Assembly: GCA_036172245.1 (NCBI GenBank)
Contig: JAYWIR010000008.1
Location: 2,108,001 to 2,172,000 of the forward strand
Length of the DNA stretch: 64,000 nucleotides
DNA from: Raillietiella orientalis
Lineage: Eukaryota
Direction of reading: 5' to 3'
The notes below the pieces were generated by a model. The model searched no databases and was not told where the DNA came from. It was given only the letters and a program-made list of their open reading frames with translations. This document shows, piece by piece, positions 26,801 through 45,700 of the stretch. Numbering within the stretch: position 1 is the stretch's first letter; the number at the start of each line of letters is the position of its first letter. A program made the translations under genes and the position numbers.

Positions 26801-29800
26801 CTCTTGGTGCAGCCGCAAATCAACGAAGTGCTATTAAGAGAACGCAAAGGCAAAATAAAATGAGATAAACTTTTGAGGTTTGGACACCGAGAGAGAGTTT
26901 CGAGAGACGGCAGCTGGTCCATAGTTTGAAACAGCTAACAGTATTCGATAGGAATCATGTCTAAGAACAAACCACCCCTTCAGCTAATAGAAAATCAGAT
27001 ATGGAATAATATCGCATTCTCTGCATGATATCGAAAAGGTGATCTCCGTCAGGATGCAAAAAATTGGCGACGCAAAACTTTACTTTGCTTTTGTGTTTGG
27101 GTTTTGAAAATTGCTTCGGGAGTCCCTCTCGCGTGATCTCAGTAGCTTCCTCTCCTTGACCAGCTTCGACTGCTTCGGGGGCTGCTCCCAGAACACAGCT
27201 TCCCTGCTGTTTGGATGCCAGGTCTTTCGGAACACGTGAGGGTTTCTTTTCCCTGTCGCATCGTGACAACTTGGTCAGAGATGGCTGGCATCTGTTGGAA
27301 CTCTTCCTGTTCGACGTCGTCGTGACTTGGTTCTGCAAGCCAAAAAATGTGGGAACGGTAAGCAAAGAGATGGGAAGCATACAAGACGGTGTCATATGAA
27401 AGCGAGAGCTTTGGCAATTCTACAGGCATTCGGATCTGAATTTTCAAGTTTGTCATTAGTTTCCAAAACACTTTGAAATCATTCTAATCGATGACGCGCA
27501 ACGAAAAAATGATTAACAGATAGCGAGTGTGAAACCAGAATTCTGACAGTTTGCAAAAAAAAAAAAAATGAGCACAGCATAATAGAATGCGAATAAGTGA
27601 TAAAGAATAGAGTGAGGAAATGGCATGTTTTTTTTTTTTTAAAGCATCGTTCGGACACTGAATTCGAATGCTCGAAAAGTGTTGGTTTCAGTACCTTATT
27701 CTTTCAACAAAAATACCTGAAATACATAAGAACAACCAAAGTCAAGAACGATGAAACGTAATGGCATCCCGAAATCATCTTTCCAAAAAAAAAAAAAAAA
27801 AAGCACACAAACAAAATTCCCTGTTTTTGCAAGAAAAAAGATAATGCATACTCACGTCTAGCATGCAATGTAGAGAACGATGCAGTTCTTCAGCTGAATC
27901 AGAAAACGACACTTTTACCTTTCAACTTGGGTGAATTTCAATTCACAGCCGAGCTGTGTGTGAAATCCGTGAATGACGAAAGCATTCCTCCGCGAGACTC
28001 ATTCGTTCGAAACTTGAAGAAAAAGAAGGAGCCACGGGATAGAGAGAGGGACAGGCCTAAACCTACGTTCATTAGAATCCTCAAGTTGCTCAACGCTCTT
28101 TACGTCATCATCTATCATTCTTGCTTATATAGAAGGGTTTTGCTCAAGGCTGAAGCGAATATTTGGATTTAGCTTGAGGTAGTATTTCGTTTTTCTATTT
28201 GCTTTTCTTTCTCTTCTAGCCCCTCAAGTAGCGAGCTTCCTTTCAGCTGAAGCTTATTCAAGCCAAGCCAAGCCAAGCCATAGGTGCCCGATATCAAGAG
28301 CTCAAAGGAGTTATCTTTATTGCTACAGCTGATGATTGAGAATACGGGATTCACAGTTCCGCAGAGTAGCAGTGGCTCAGATATGCGGATTGCATGTATA
28401 AGAAACCCAGCAGGTGGTTAATGGCTCACCGATGCTTCTGCATCGAACGTGTACTTCAAGCTGAAGGCAGTTTCATTAGCACTTGGGAGCAGCTGCCAAG
28501 AACGTTCCGTTTTGACCACTAGTAACTGTTCTATTTTGCCAAACGTCCGCTGATTAGGAAATCATTGTAGATGGAAATCTCCAGAACGTGAATAGGGAAT
28601 AGTTATAAGAAAAGTGCGTTCTGTAATTATCGATAGAGCGTGGCGAGATCGCAAAATGTGGTTCGTCGGAAGAATCACTCCCACGCAAAGCACATGTCGA
28701 ACAAACACATCACTCCGGTTAAACGTGAAAAGCATGATTCGGTATTTCTACGAAGCCTTTGCCACAGCAGCCATTCTCCTCAAAACGCAAATGCAACTCT
28801 CACGCGATCGTTGTGTATATTTTCTCGTTCGAACGTTTATCGAACATTTTGAAAATCACATGTACGTAAGATAACACAAACGCATGGGAAAATCACGAAA
28901 ATGCTTCTCGTCACTGCTCGGCTGTATCCTATATGCATCATTGCATCGATGAACAACAAGTTGACCGACTCTCTAAGTTGTTTACACGATGCGAACACCA
29001 AAATGGCGCCAAAAAATAAGTTCATAAGTTACCTCGAAGCAGCTCTGTGGCTTCCCATTATCTGCATTATCTTTCTTCAAGAATCTCTCGTCCTTCGTTG
29101 GTGGAATGGATTCCCTTTGATCATACTTCTCCAGAAGACTTTTCAGGACCTAAGATAAAAGGGAAACCCCTATACCTTGCCTGTTCATTGGATGAGAAAG
29201 AGACAAAGCGATTCCATCGGTAGCATGTACACAAAAGAACCGTACAGATCGTGCACATCGTGAAGGAAGCAACGAGCAATCTTCCGGTATAGGTTTGGGA
29301 CGTTTCTCTGAACCAACGTATCGTCGGAAAAAACGGTTAATGGGCAAAATATGGAAACGGATGCGGAACGAAACGAAGACCCATTTATGGACCGTGAAGG
29401 TCAGGAACGGGTGCTGAAGATAGAACTTTCTTGCGTAGGCATAGAATTGAACGGTCATTAAGCCAGTAACAAGAAAGAGGGTTTTATCAAGCTCTTCTTC
29501 CATCGAAACGTTTTCTGTACCAAATGAAAGACCGAAATGTCTCCTAAAGCTCTGTGCACGGATGGGGTGGTTTTCCCTCCCTTCTGCCACTACCAACAGA
29601 CATCCAACTGATATATCGAGTATTTCCGAATAAGGCTGTTGTTGAACTGCTAGTTGCTCTTTCAGTTCAAGATCTCGAGTCGAGAAGTTCTCACTTGGAG
29701 CCTAAGGGACAAACTCTTTAGAAGCGGACATGGTACATGCCTTCTTGAAGAGAGAAGTTACCGGTTTATTCCATTTCACGGAAGATTCTAGGTACTGCTC

Positions 29801-32800
29801 GCACAGGTGCACTCGAAGGCTTTTTTGATGTTTTCACACGAATGCTTGGGTGATTTCATATTGGAGCATATTTGTGGTTCCTTTCACTCAAACGTGGAAC
29901 GAAAGGAACCACCCCATAACTAAGTCTTGAGGCTCTCGATTGTAGATAATCTAAGATGTCAAAGATCCGATTGCGTCATCCGAGCCCTTCACCGATCTAA
30001 TTGGATGTGCGCTTTTTTCTCCCATAAGGATCGCATCCAAGATGGGATCAGCGAACAGCATCTTCCACACGAAGCATTCTGGTGGAGGATGCAACCTCAA
30101 ACACGATATTTCAGAGGACGCGAGTGAAGGTGGAACAGTAGCAACGGTATTCTGTGCACTACAGAAGGCGAGGGAATTGAAGTGGATCGAAAATGCCTCA
30201 AGTGACGAAAACTTGGAGGTGTACCTTCCATTGCTCACTGTGCTGCTGTACCGAAAGTATCAATTCTAATTTCAGTCATTTGATAGCTATGCTTATAGAT
30301 AGTTTTCATGACTCTTTGGTGGACGTTTCTTAGGAAATCGGAAACAAAACTGACGCAAATCACTTTGCCTATATAGTTCAAAATATGATTAAAAAAAAAA
30401 AAAATGATGATGAATAAAAGTCTCACGAAATGAATTCAGCAAATTTCCAGTGAAATTCTTACAAAAAATTTTGTGGAGGAATCGATGAAACTAGAACTTA
30501 GAGAATGCAATTAGCGATGTTAAAGCATGGAATTACGCGTATTTTCTTCTGGCTTTCTAGAAATGGTTTTGCAAAGTGGAGCGAGACGTAGTCTTCATCG
30601 TAACTTTTCCTCCATCTTTGGATCAGGAGATGCAGAACAGTGTCGTGCTGAGTTAAAAATTGGAAAAACTGCAAAACCTTCCACAGACTCTGCGAAGTCA
30701 GCAGTAACAACAGTTGATTCAGCGACAGTAAATTGGGTAGGTATATTACAACACAAGCTAACACTAAAACACACAGGATGTGTAGGCATTGTGTGCTTTC
30801 GGAAACTGCGGACTCACCTCGGAAATATACTCCCTCAGTACTACAGATCATCGCACCTTCCCTGTCGAAGAACTCCTCTTCAATACATTCCAAGACGTAA
30901 CGTATCTCACTGGTCCTCAAGAAAATTTTATGCAAAATTTTGCTGCTTTCTTTGCTGACCTGTCAACCGAATGCATTAATTTAACATAAAACCATTACTG
31001 AATACTCGTATGAAAGTTTGCGAGTTTGCAAGTCAGATTGGGGGGGAGGAAAAGGGGGGGGGAAACAGATTCCGGAATCTCAGTAACATTTTGATTCAAA
31101 GCTGAAGCATGAGAATTGAAATCGGATGCCCTTGCACTTTTGCCATACCCTGAACTTGCTCCCAAGACCTGCTGGGAACAAACGGTTGAAAAAATTGGCC
31201 ATTGTTTCATCAAATGTCATTTTATCATTCGTAGGGCGTGTACGTTTGGTTCCTCAGTTCACACCTTGGATGTGAACTGCTGATGTAAGAGTCGGCTTTC
31301 CTGTGGAAGAGCTGACGGATTCGATGTGAGTTCTTGTCCTGTGATCCCCAGATCAGTCAGTTGGAAACTGCTGCAACGTCGTAACAAGATGCTGCAAAAG
31401 CACTCCGATTCAAGAATTCCCGATCCCACGTGCGGATTCGTACGCTTCCTTTTACTTGTTTTTTCAAGGTAAATTGACTTGCTATAAAATTTGCCGCCTT
31501 TGTTCTTTTTCAATCTGAATCCTACCTCGTGTTGTAAGCCTTTTAGATTTCTCACGTTCGATTCGTGTTCGACTTCCTTTCGAAAATGTAAAAGGAATTA
31601 AACAAAAAGGGTTGTCTTCACAGCTCATAAAGTATGAATGAGTATCTTGAGATGAAAGCTCCTATTTCCTTAGTTTCTCGAAACCTCAAGTAAGATGCAG
31701 ATCAAAATCACTACAAGGATCATGAAAGATAGGAACCACGTAGAAAATTTGACCATCATGAATTCCGAGTTGAAAGAGCGCTTGATGACGGTTGCACAGA
31801 AACGACTGAATTCATCACACCGAAGCATCCGTGCTCTTCGTTCATCGCTTCAGGAACACTGGTGAAGAGCCACTCTTGGGAAGGCACATCTTTTTTTTGA
31901 AAAAAGTCTTCAGCGAAATGAATCTCGTTAATTGTGCGCATATCCAAAACGAAATGAGTTCCATGGAAATTTAGATCCGGTGGCGGGATACTGCGGGAAT
32001 ACTAAGAAAGCAGACTAAACATCGGATGTTTAGAATTACTTAATGCACGGAAAGTAATCCCTCCCGAAAACTGCAAAGTCACTGCTAGGAAGAAGGAAAA
32101 ACGAAAAATGCCAGTGGCAGCAAAGGTCAACCTCAAGTGGGATCGAATTAAGGTCGACTTTTACAGAATGACAACAGTATAGCAATTAGTCATCGCCCGT
32201 GACAGCCACGAATTGAAATGAAGGATATGGGACTAAAAACACATCCAATGTAACGTATTCTACAAACGTAGCAGTTTCAAGAGAACAGCCTTGTATTTGC
32301 AATGGCAAGACTACACTCATGCTGGTGGTTGTGACATTCTCTACCTACAAAACTTATTGCATTTCAGTCAGAAATTCCGTAGTCCTTATGATCGAGGGTC
32401 TTCAAAGGAAAGATTCATCCCACATAAAATAAATACATCTCGCAAATTATTTCCCATAAAATACCTTCCTATTGCTTTGCATGCCCGCTTTTCTTCGAGA
32501 TCCCTACATAAGGTATACATTTTCTTTTGAAAAATGTCGGATTTTGACAGGTTTGAATTACAAACTTTTCCTAATATTTGCAATTAATGACTGTTTAATG
32601 AGAATCCGGAATGATAGACGATGCCAAAAAATCTGCATCCCGTGTGCTTTGAGCATGACAGCAACAGGTCACGTGCGTTGGTCAGTCAGAAAACCCTAAT
32701 GAAACAGACACACACAAAATACTGAAAAGATTTCTTTGGCGAGCTAAAAAAAAAAAAAAAAAAAAGCATCATGAGATGTAAAAAACAAAAAACTATCGTT

Positions 32801-35383
32801 ATCAAATCTTTGCCGAATGAATCGGACCAGCTTTTTCGAGAACATTTTGTCTGACGAACTTCAGTCTACAGCATTCTGTCTCTGCTACCACTTAAACAAC
32901 CGCAAAGAATAAATAGAATGCAACGGAACAGTAATTTCCAAATGGTACTCCATGAACACTCCAACGAAGTCAAGCTGCTCGTGGAGTTCCGTTTGGAATG
33001 CAAATGGAGAAGCACAGGAGATTGAGAAAATGTGAAGATTCCAAAGATCTTCACGGGGCTTCCTGAGGTGGGATCGTAAGAAACTTTTGATTGGCATCTC
33101 ATCATTATCAGTCGTCCAGGTGCTCCACCGAAAAGGAAGCCCGGTGTACTTTTCCGTCTTGAGATGTGCTTTAGGGGTGTTCTCGGTTTTTTCATTTGGA
33201 AATCTGATCGAATCAGCACCCCACCATTCAACTGCTGCAATAGCATAATAACAATCAAATTACTCACTCCCTACTGTTCTTTCTAATTCGGTGCTTGCAT
33301 GCTTTGTACGCGAAGCATTTTGCTAATCCGGCTTAATTGAGGTTGCCGAATCTTTGTTTGCGATTCGAAATTCCGCCGTTAACTCGGTCTTCATATTAAT
33401 AACGTAAAGCAGATTAATTTTTTTCCTTCACGACGAACAGGTTCCCATTATGTGAATTCGCCATCTATCATTTCCTCCTACTGCTGAGAAGATTTTTACT
33501 GCATCTCCGTGACTACCGGAAATTTCTCATGGAATCAACAAAAAACGCGGGAAATACTTTTTCCATTGAAAAATTCATCTATCTTGTTTGCAGAAACGAG
33601 GCTTTCTTAGGGATCTCTTTTTTGTTTGAATCTCTGGGACTGCCTCAGCCGAGCACTTTGTTCTCCAAAGAATCACAAAACGACTTCGAAGTCACCTTTC
33701 AGACACTTCACGTTGCCGTGTACAACGTACTCATCCACACGAATCGTTGCCTTAAGGCATTTTTCCATATGCTTGAGAATTGCAAAGCAGAAAGATTGAT
33801 GCCACATTGGACATCTTAGCCATAATAAGAACCGCTGAAATCTATAGGATTTGTATATGCCACGACGGGTTTGACTAACATTTTTCATTTCTTTCACTTT
33901 TATAGCTAAAAGTCTTAATTCTTCCATATGGCTATGAAAAATTATTAAACATTATTCTGACTTGTGTTTACTGGGTATTTAATGCGTACAGTTGATAATG
34001 GGTTAATAAAGAAGCTAACAGTTCTTTCTTTCATTTATTAATTAATGATATAGTTGATTCAGCTATATTTACTATTGATAACATTGAGCAAAACCAAATG
34101 CCCTGCATTCGCATTTTTTAATTTAGGCAAATCCAGTGAACACGTATTAATATTGCTATGAGAACTTAAAAATTGAGTATGATGCATCATCCTGTACCTT
34201 TTCTATGTACCTTGTCTTTACAGTTATCTGGAAGGAGCACTATTTCCTATGAAAGTATCCATTAAACAAGTGTACAATCAACGATAATGATTAAAAGAAT
34301 TAAAAAATGATGCCCATTCCAATAAATGTGATGATGTAAATCATGAAAGCTTGTGTTGGTGGGGAATTCTGATATGAAGATTTAGTTTATCGAAAATACA
34401 ATAAAAACCTGTGTCACTGCCTATTTAAAAGCATAAAATGCTTTACAATGCTGCGTTTTTGTTTCATTTTTGTTCTAATTTTCCTTTATCCAAAAATGAA
34501 ATAACTGGGTCAGGAATACGACTGGCTGGAAAAATCAATTCCTCCTATTTACGAACTTTGGACTTGAGACTTGCAGCATAATGTCTTCATGTAATTACCT
34601 TTTGGGAATTTAGGGTGCAGAGATTTACGATTTACAATTTACTTTCAGATCTTTCTGACTGCTGCCAAGCATGGAAGACTAATTTGCAAACGTTACACAG
34701 AAATTAATCCTATCTTTTCTGATTTGATTAATCCAGCAGATTCAAGGTGCATGTCTTGCATTTAAAAACTCTCCTACACATTCTTTTTTTTTTCTTTATT
34801 TTATGGTGAAACTTTCTAATAAATGTTGTTTACATGGTCGTTGATATAATTTCTTATAGCATTTCAAAGCTTAATCAACAAACAATCAATCATTAATCAA
34901 CTATCTTTTAAAAGCTCATCAACTATCCAAGAATTCAAATGTTTATAACTTATGAGTTGTTGTACTTTTCCAGCAAAGATGAATTACCACATATAGGGTT
35001 CTCTGTCATTAACTCTCGTTAATCTTGAACCTTTAATTCAATTAGCCTTAATCTTAAATTCACATTCTTTAGTTTTAAGAACTTCAGAATTCTTCTAAAT
35101 GTATTGCACAATCTGTATTGAGTTAAAGAATTATAATTTCATGAGTAATTTTCATTAGTAATTTCATTTTCCGTGAAAAAATCGTCCGTCGCTCGACAAA
35201 TCATTACACATTTGTGTTTTTATAGTTAATAATGCTAATGACTAATATGCAATCACAAGTACATACTGAAAGAACTTTAAGCTTTTTCTCGATGAAATCA
35301 GTATCCAGAATCCCATACTGTTTCTGAACATATTGAAATTCCTTGATTAGAGAGACACAGCAGTCTAATAATTTATGATCCAT
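20034..35383 (-). CDS. CFAP99: Cilia- and flagella-associated protein 99 (divergent; middle exons unresolved)
   Basis: In-phase 5' exons: 35383-35267 (MDHKLLDCCVSLIKEF…), 30959-30818, 30763-30537 (…KVLQFFQFL…QRWRKSYDEDYV…). In-phase 3' exons: 24085-23997 (KMTQAAILREAA), 23894-23690 (LEEGG…FEKW…RLSYEEAVL), 23601-23460, 23086-23034, 22968-22828 (KLIDFSETSGVGLLTEMSLIE), 20663-20509 (LQERLAYL), 20223-20034 (stop). These match recalled CFAP99 motifs KLNTAAILRE, KLSHEEA and G.GL..EMSI.ELRERL. Exons between 30536 and 24086 could not be threaded with confidence. Confidence 0.82.
20807..20874. repeat. Compound (TA)n/(TACA)n microsatellite
   Basis: About 68 nt of tatata…catacatacata…tatata in a CFAP99 intron. 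Confidence 0.92.
21174..21194. repeat. (GT)n microsatellite
   Basis: About ten GT units. Confidence 0.85.
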
Positions 35384-37912
35384 ATACCAAAAAACACACT
35401 TAGTGTTTGTTTACAATTTGCCACTGGAATATCCAAGCAACAGCGCTCCATCCAACTGGTTTGTTGGGAGCTCTTTAGGCTTACCTCAGCAACCTGGAAT
35501 TCTGGGAAAATTTGTTTGTTTCCCCCGAATAAATAAGTAAAAGGCTATCAATGTTAGATTATGCCTTCGATTTGCTACTTGCAAGAGCTGTTGAGGTTAA
35601 CGAGAGAAAAATGAAATTTAAATAAACAGGTATTATCATGTTTGTTTGTTTTTTATTGTTTTGATGGATTGATTGGAAATGGTTTCATCTTCTATCATTC
35701 CATTACTTCCTAAGCATGCTTAATTCAACAAAAAGTTGAATCATTATATTTTTGAGAGAGCGCATTTTTCCTCATGTCAAAATAGTAGCTTGCAGAGTTT
35801 ATTCTTATTTTTTGTTCGATGGAATTTTGTTTGTAAGCCTCTTGTTGAAGATTTGCAATGAAGCAGGTATTTTATCAGCTTTCTGTATGAGCTAAAACAA
35901 TTAGATTCTTCACATTGAAATCCTGCAAACAGATTCGTGCCATAAAATCAAATTGAACGCTTAAGTGCTTTCATTTCGATTCGTTACCCACTGAAGCTTT
36001 TTGCATGATGTTATGGTTCTGAGTGTTCGGTTAGAGCACTACATTATTATAACGATGAAACTCAAGTATCTGAAGTTTCGTTTTCCATACAAGCTCATGG
36101 AAATCTTTAGCTTTTCCTGTAACATTCGCTTGCTCTCCCTGATTCTTATTAATTATGCTGTTTTATTAATGAATGTAATTCGCAAATCTGCCCACGCACA
36201 GGAAAAGCAGAAATGGAAAACCCAAATCGGGGGGTCCAGATGGAAAGGGAAGCCTAGAAACCAATGCAATTCCAAATCGATGCAGCAAACCTCTTTACTA
36301 GGAGTAGGAAATCATGTTATGAGCAATAAAATTCTTCTGTTAAACGATCAGGTCCTAACCAGAGATAGATAAGAGATTGACTGGAGGTTCTAGATTGACT
36401 GTTCAAGGAGTTCGTTCGTATTCTTGAAATAAAAGTGTACAATGATGGAAGAAAATTCTGAATTCAAGCTGTCAAGAAAATGAATAAAATGCATTCAATC
36501 GTTAATCGGTGTTGTTTGAAACTTGGAAAATACTTTGTGTTGAAAATATGCTATTAGCGAAAGGATCAAACTGGAAAGAGAAAAATTTCACGATTTTTCC
36601 TGGAATAATTAGAATGGATTAAATAAATGGTTTATCCTGTTAAGCGCCATAATGAAAGCATTGCTCCTGCGCACTGGTTGCCGAAAGTGATCTAAAATTA
36701 CTTTAAAAAAGCATATCAAGAATGAGGAAAACAGAAAAAAAAAGAAGGAAAGATAGCGAAAGATTCCATTAAAAAATCTAGACCAGTACATCTGATTGAA
36801 GAATGTCTAGCAACGAGGGAAGCATATGAAAAAAACGGTATCCGATTATTGGCATCAAATCTGTCATTTCAAGAGCCACTCCACAGACACTCAGGTCATA
36901 TGAGACGAATGCTAATTAAAGGAATTCCAAAGAATTTGTTTAAAAGAGTTATATAGAGTCAATAGTTAAAAAGAACTTGGTTTGCAAACGGTCCTCAGGT
37001 TTTGCACCAGGAATTAGGATTACTTGAAATAACAAGGAAATCAATGCTTTCGAACACAGATTCTGATAGTTTCATGCGTTGCTTTAAACTCCTTGGTTCT
37101 TTACATTTCTACTAGAGGTTAATGTTGGTTTGAAATGCTAGTTTGAAACACGAGTCTTCCCATTACAATTTTATTGTCACGAAAGTTTATGGAAACGGCA
37201 GATGTTGAACTACTACTGATGGCTCAAATGGATAATTTGATGTTTAGCTATATGCTCATGATGGTTTTTAAAATAATTTTGCAAAGGATCACGGATTTAA
37301 TTTCAGGTGTTATTTTTTAAAAAAATTCAAAATTGTGGGAAATCATATATTAAACGGTATACAAATCATATAATACACTGCATATAATAAACGGTTTCAT
37401 GGCTTCTGTTTTGTTTTCTGTGAAACCGCTTGAGATAGCCGTTGATAAGAGATCGCTTCGAAAAACATTTGTGTTGAGATTACAGTGCTGTGTGCATTTT
37501 TTTGATGTATGCATGTTTTTTCACGTTTTAGAACATAGTGAGAAATCACCAAAAGAATAAATCCATATGGAATACATAATTTTTGAAACCGGTATTTCTA
37601 ACTGAGATTAAATTCACGCATTCGAATACATCATAAAAGTGTAAGCAAAATAGCATTCCCCGAAAGTGCAACCGATCTTGGGATTCTGGCCAAGTAATTT
37701 TGAAACGCACTAATTCTGGTGTGCTTCATATATATATATATATTTTTTTTAATGAATGGCATTGTTTCATCGATAATTTTATTTACATAATGATTCGTTT
37801 TTGTAATAGATTTGATTAGTTGATATCAAACATTATTTCCAGGTATCTCTAGTACCAGTTTCATCCCAGAAGCATCACCATTGGAGTTAATGTCACTATT
37901 TATTCTGAAGTT

Positions 37913-42632
<4,720 letters not shown>

Positions 42633-42766
42633 TTGACTACACAGAAGTACTTTGCCGAAACTGAGAGTGAAAAAGGGAGTGTTCGATTTAAAATACATGT
42701 TAATAACAAAAGAACTGCGTTTTCCAAGTTGACAATTTATTTGGCTAATTGCGAACACAATATGTG

Positions 42767-42772
42767 AATAAA
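42767..42772 (+). terminator. Candidate polyadenylation signal of ALDH4A1
   Basis: AATAAA 135 nt after the stop codon. Confidence 0.55.
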
Positions 42773-45700
42773 ATGGGTCACTATAGACCTATATATATAG
42801 TGTTCAATTTTTTCTGCACATTTTGAGAAACAATGCAAGCACTTCATACGCAGAATACTCAGAAAATCAGTTTGCGGGTTGCCTACCTGAGCACACGTTG
42901 AAAAAGACAACACTGTGCCTCCGGAAGAGCTGCGTACTCGTCATGAAAATGACGAGATGACCGAAATGGATGGCATGCAGGCTTTCCAAGGCTTCGTGCC
43001 TTTGGCAAGCGTTTGCCTGTCTTTATGCAGCAAGTGTTGCAAAATCGAATCCAGAGCGTGTCATTCTTCAGGTCCCTCCCTGCAAATGAAAAGAGCGTCG
43101 TTCTGATATGATGTTAATTTCCTTTCTCACATTTTCTTTTGTTTTCACTTCCTCTTCCGTCTTCGTCATGATTAGACTGCTCGAATGAGGCAATCAACGC
43201 TTTAATGCTTCCAGGCTGCCTGCCAACGATAATTGACTTGAAGCTTCGGAACCCAGAAAGTTTCAGGAATGAAATGAAGGCACAGAGCTCTTCAACTCAT
43301 CATCAGGAGATGTAAGAAGACTTTTGGGGTGGCAACGCAAAAGATTCAGGCAGGTGCCCCCCTTGCAAGATGGCGAGCATGCCTCATCCAGAAAACCGAC
43401 TGGATGGAGCGAGCCCCCTATCACTACTTCCGGATGGGATGACGTGCCTTCTCCAAATAGAAGAAAAAAGGATAAGACACCAGTCTTTCTTACCGTCCAG
43501 TGGACGACAGATAGGAAGCGGCCCCGCGCAGTGTTCTTGAAGAACAGAGGCTACTTAATGATGTAGTGATACCGAGGCTCTGCCTAATCGAGAGAGGGGC
43601 AGACAGACACTCTGGGAACGGTTTTCTCTAACAAGAAGAGTTGGCAGACCCATGTGGGATACAGCCTTCGATGGTCGACCGGCAGACGAGGGAGGTCCCA
43701 AGAGGGGCACACAGATATACCTTGGTTCACTTGCTCGCTTCGTGAATGGTCTCAGCCTCCGTTCCGGAGGAAGCATCGAGACGAGCTCCGCTGCGGTCCC
43801 GCATCCAAGTGGGCTTGCTCGCACGGCTCACCCCAGAAGAGATCGTTCCTACGCGTGGGAGGGTGACTTTGGTCACGCTGGCATGCGGGCCGGACTTGAC
43901 TTCGTGAGAAGACGAGAAAATGGTGAGACGATGCTTCGAGCACTTTGAACTGCGGGTCTTGGCAAGTGGGTAGACCTGGTGATAAACTTCAAGGACCAGC
44001 GGACACCGAAGCACTGGGTGGGAATCCACAACCTCCGGTTCCGAAGGATCGTTTCCCAAGGAGAAAAGGGGAGAGTCAGAATGGGTAGCTCCCCAACCGA
44101 CTCACCTCCCTGCCCATCTCGACACCGAGGAATGATCCTGATGCAGGAAGTCATATTCTATTTCCCGAGGTTTCCTCGCTTTCGTGGAACGGGATAAGGG
44201 AAGTTACCCGGGACGCGAAACCTTCCGGAATGAAACTCGGGTAGCAGCCCGTCTCCCGGGACACGGAAGGACCTTGACCCTTTCCTGGAAATCTGTCTCC
44301 TCCGATTCCCTGGCGCAACCTGTGGTGCTCGTCTCGCGCCCTGTGCTTCCCCAGGGGAAGGGGGAGGACGATTAGATCCTCGGCAGCGGGGGACCCCTCT
44401 TTGAACTGGCTCTGGCAGGCAGCGTGTCGAAGGAACGCCGCAGGCGAAATGGACAGCGAAAGGCGTGCTGAAGGAGACGGCAAAAAGCTCAGAACGTCTC
44501 AGAAGCGCGCGGAAGAGGTAGAGGACCACCTGGAGAACCGTGCCTAAAGGCCTCATAGCTCGTGGAGTTCCCGGATATTGCCTTCCGGCTCCTTGCAACA
44601 GCGGGCGTCTCCCAAGTGTCAGAAGAACCTCTACTTCCAGTTGAGTCCGTCGGCGACCGGTCAGGGAAGGAAGAACGGCCTCTTCCCTCATACCTTCCTC
44701 AAGAACCGAAAAGTTGGGTCGAGAAGGCAGCTCCGCTGCAGCACCAGTAGCGGAACTGCCATAGGAAAGCCGCGTTAGAACACAGAAGAGAACACCACAA
44801 TAACGCCGCCGCTGCTGCTGCTGCGGCAGTGACGCTTGGCAAACGTTTTCAATGGAGCAGCTCCACCGCTACTCCCGTGATGATTGCTGGAGCGAAATCG
44901 CAGGGGATGCTGCGGCTTGGCAGACCGCTGTCTCAAGAGTTGAACGAGCACCTGAAGTTTTCCGGTGGCCTTAGAGGGTTTCGAAAAGAAACTAGGAGGA
45001 GGCGAGTTGCCTCCATTCACCCCAGCAAATCAAAAAAGGGGACTGGACCGCAAACTTTCCCTGTTGAAGAGGTAGGTCGTGACCTTCCTCTTCCCTCCTC
45101 CGACAGCATCATCAGGACGTGCGCGTGCTGCCCTCGGATGGTTGAAAGTGGCTGCCTCTCCGGACGCCGGGGGACGCGAACGTGCTCCGTCGCCAGGGAA
45201 ACGGGCTGGAGCTCGCCAGCTGCCAAGGAAGTGCGCCATCGGCCGTGCCGGACCGCACCCCCACCTACGGAGCGCTTGCTGACGACCGCAACTCCCAATG
45301 GATGTGAGGCGTCCCTTATCCACTGCGCAGCAGAGAAGCAGGTGCCCGTCTCCGCATGCGCATGCTGGATCCGAAAAGCGCCTCTCTCCTCCAGACAGGC
45401 GGAAGGGCTTGGGTGAACGCTTCGTGGCCCGCGGGCAAACAGGCTCGTCCAAGTGCGGTGGAGACAGGAGGCGGGGGACAGATCCGAGTTTCCAGCCAGC
45501 AGGGGCCTTTCCAGGTCGCGGATTTTACAAGGAAAGAGGTCGCCTCCATTTTTCCCTCCTTCCGTCCCGTCCTGGGAGACGTCTTCGCGCCAGGAGAGTC
45601 TTCCACTGCGAAGAAACGTGTTGGCAGAAGCAATGCCGCCCGTGCACACCCTGCAGGTCAGCAGCCTCATCTCTGGAAAAGGTACCAACAGGGAAACTCT

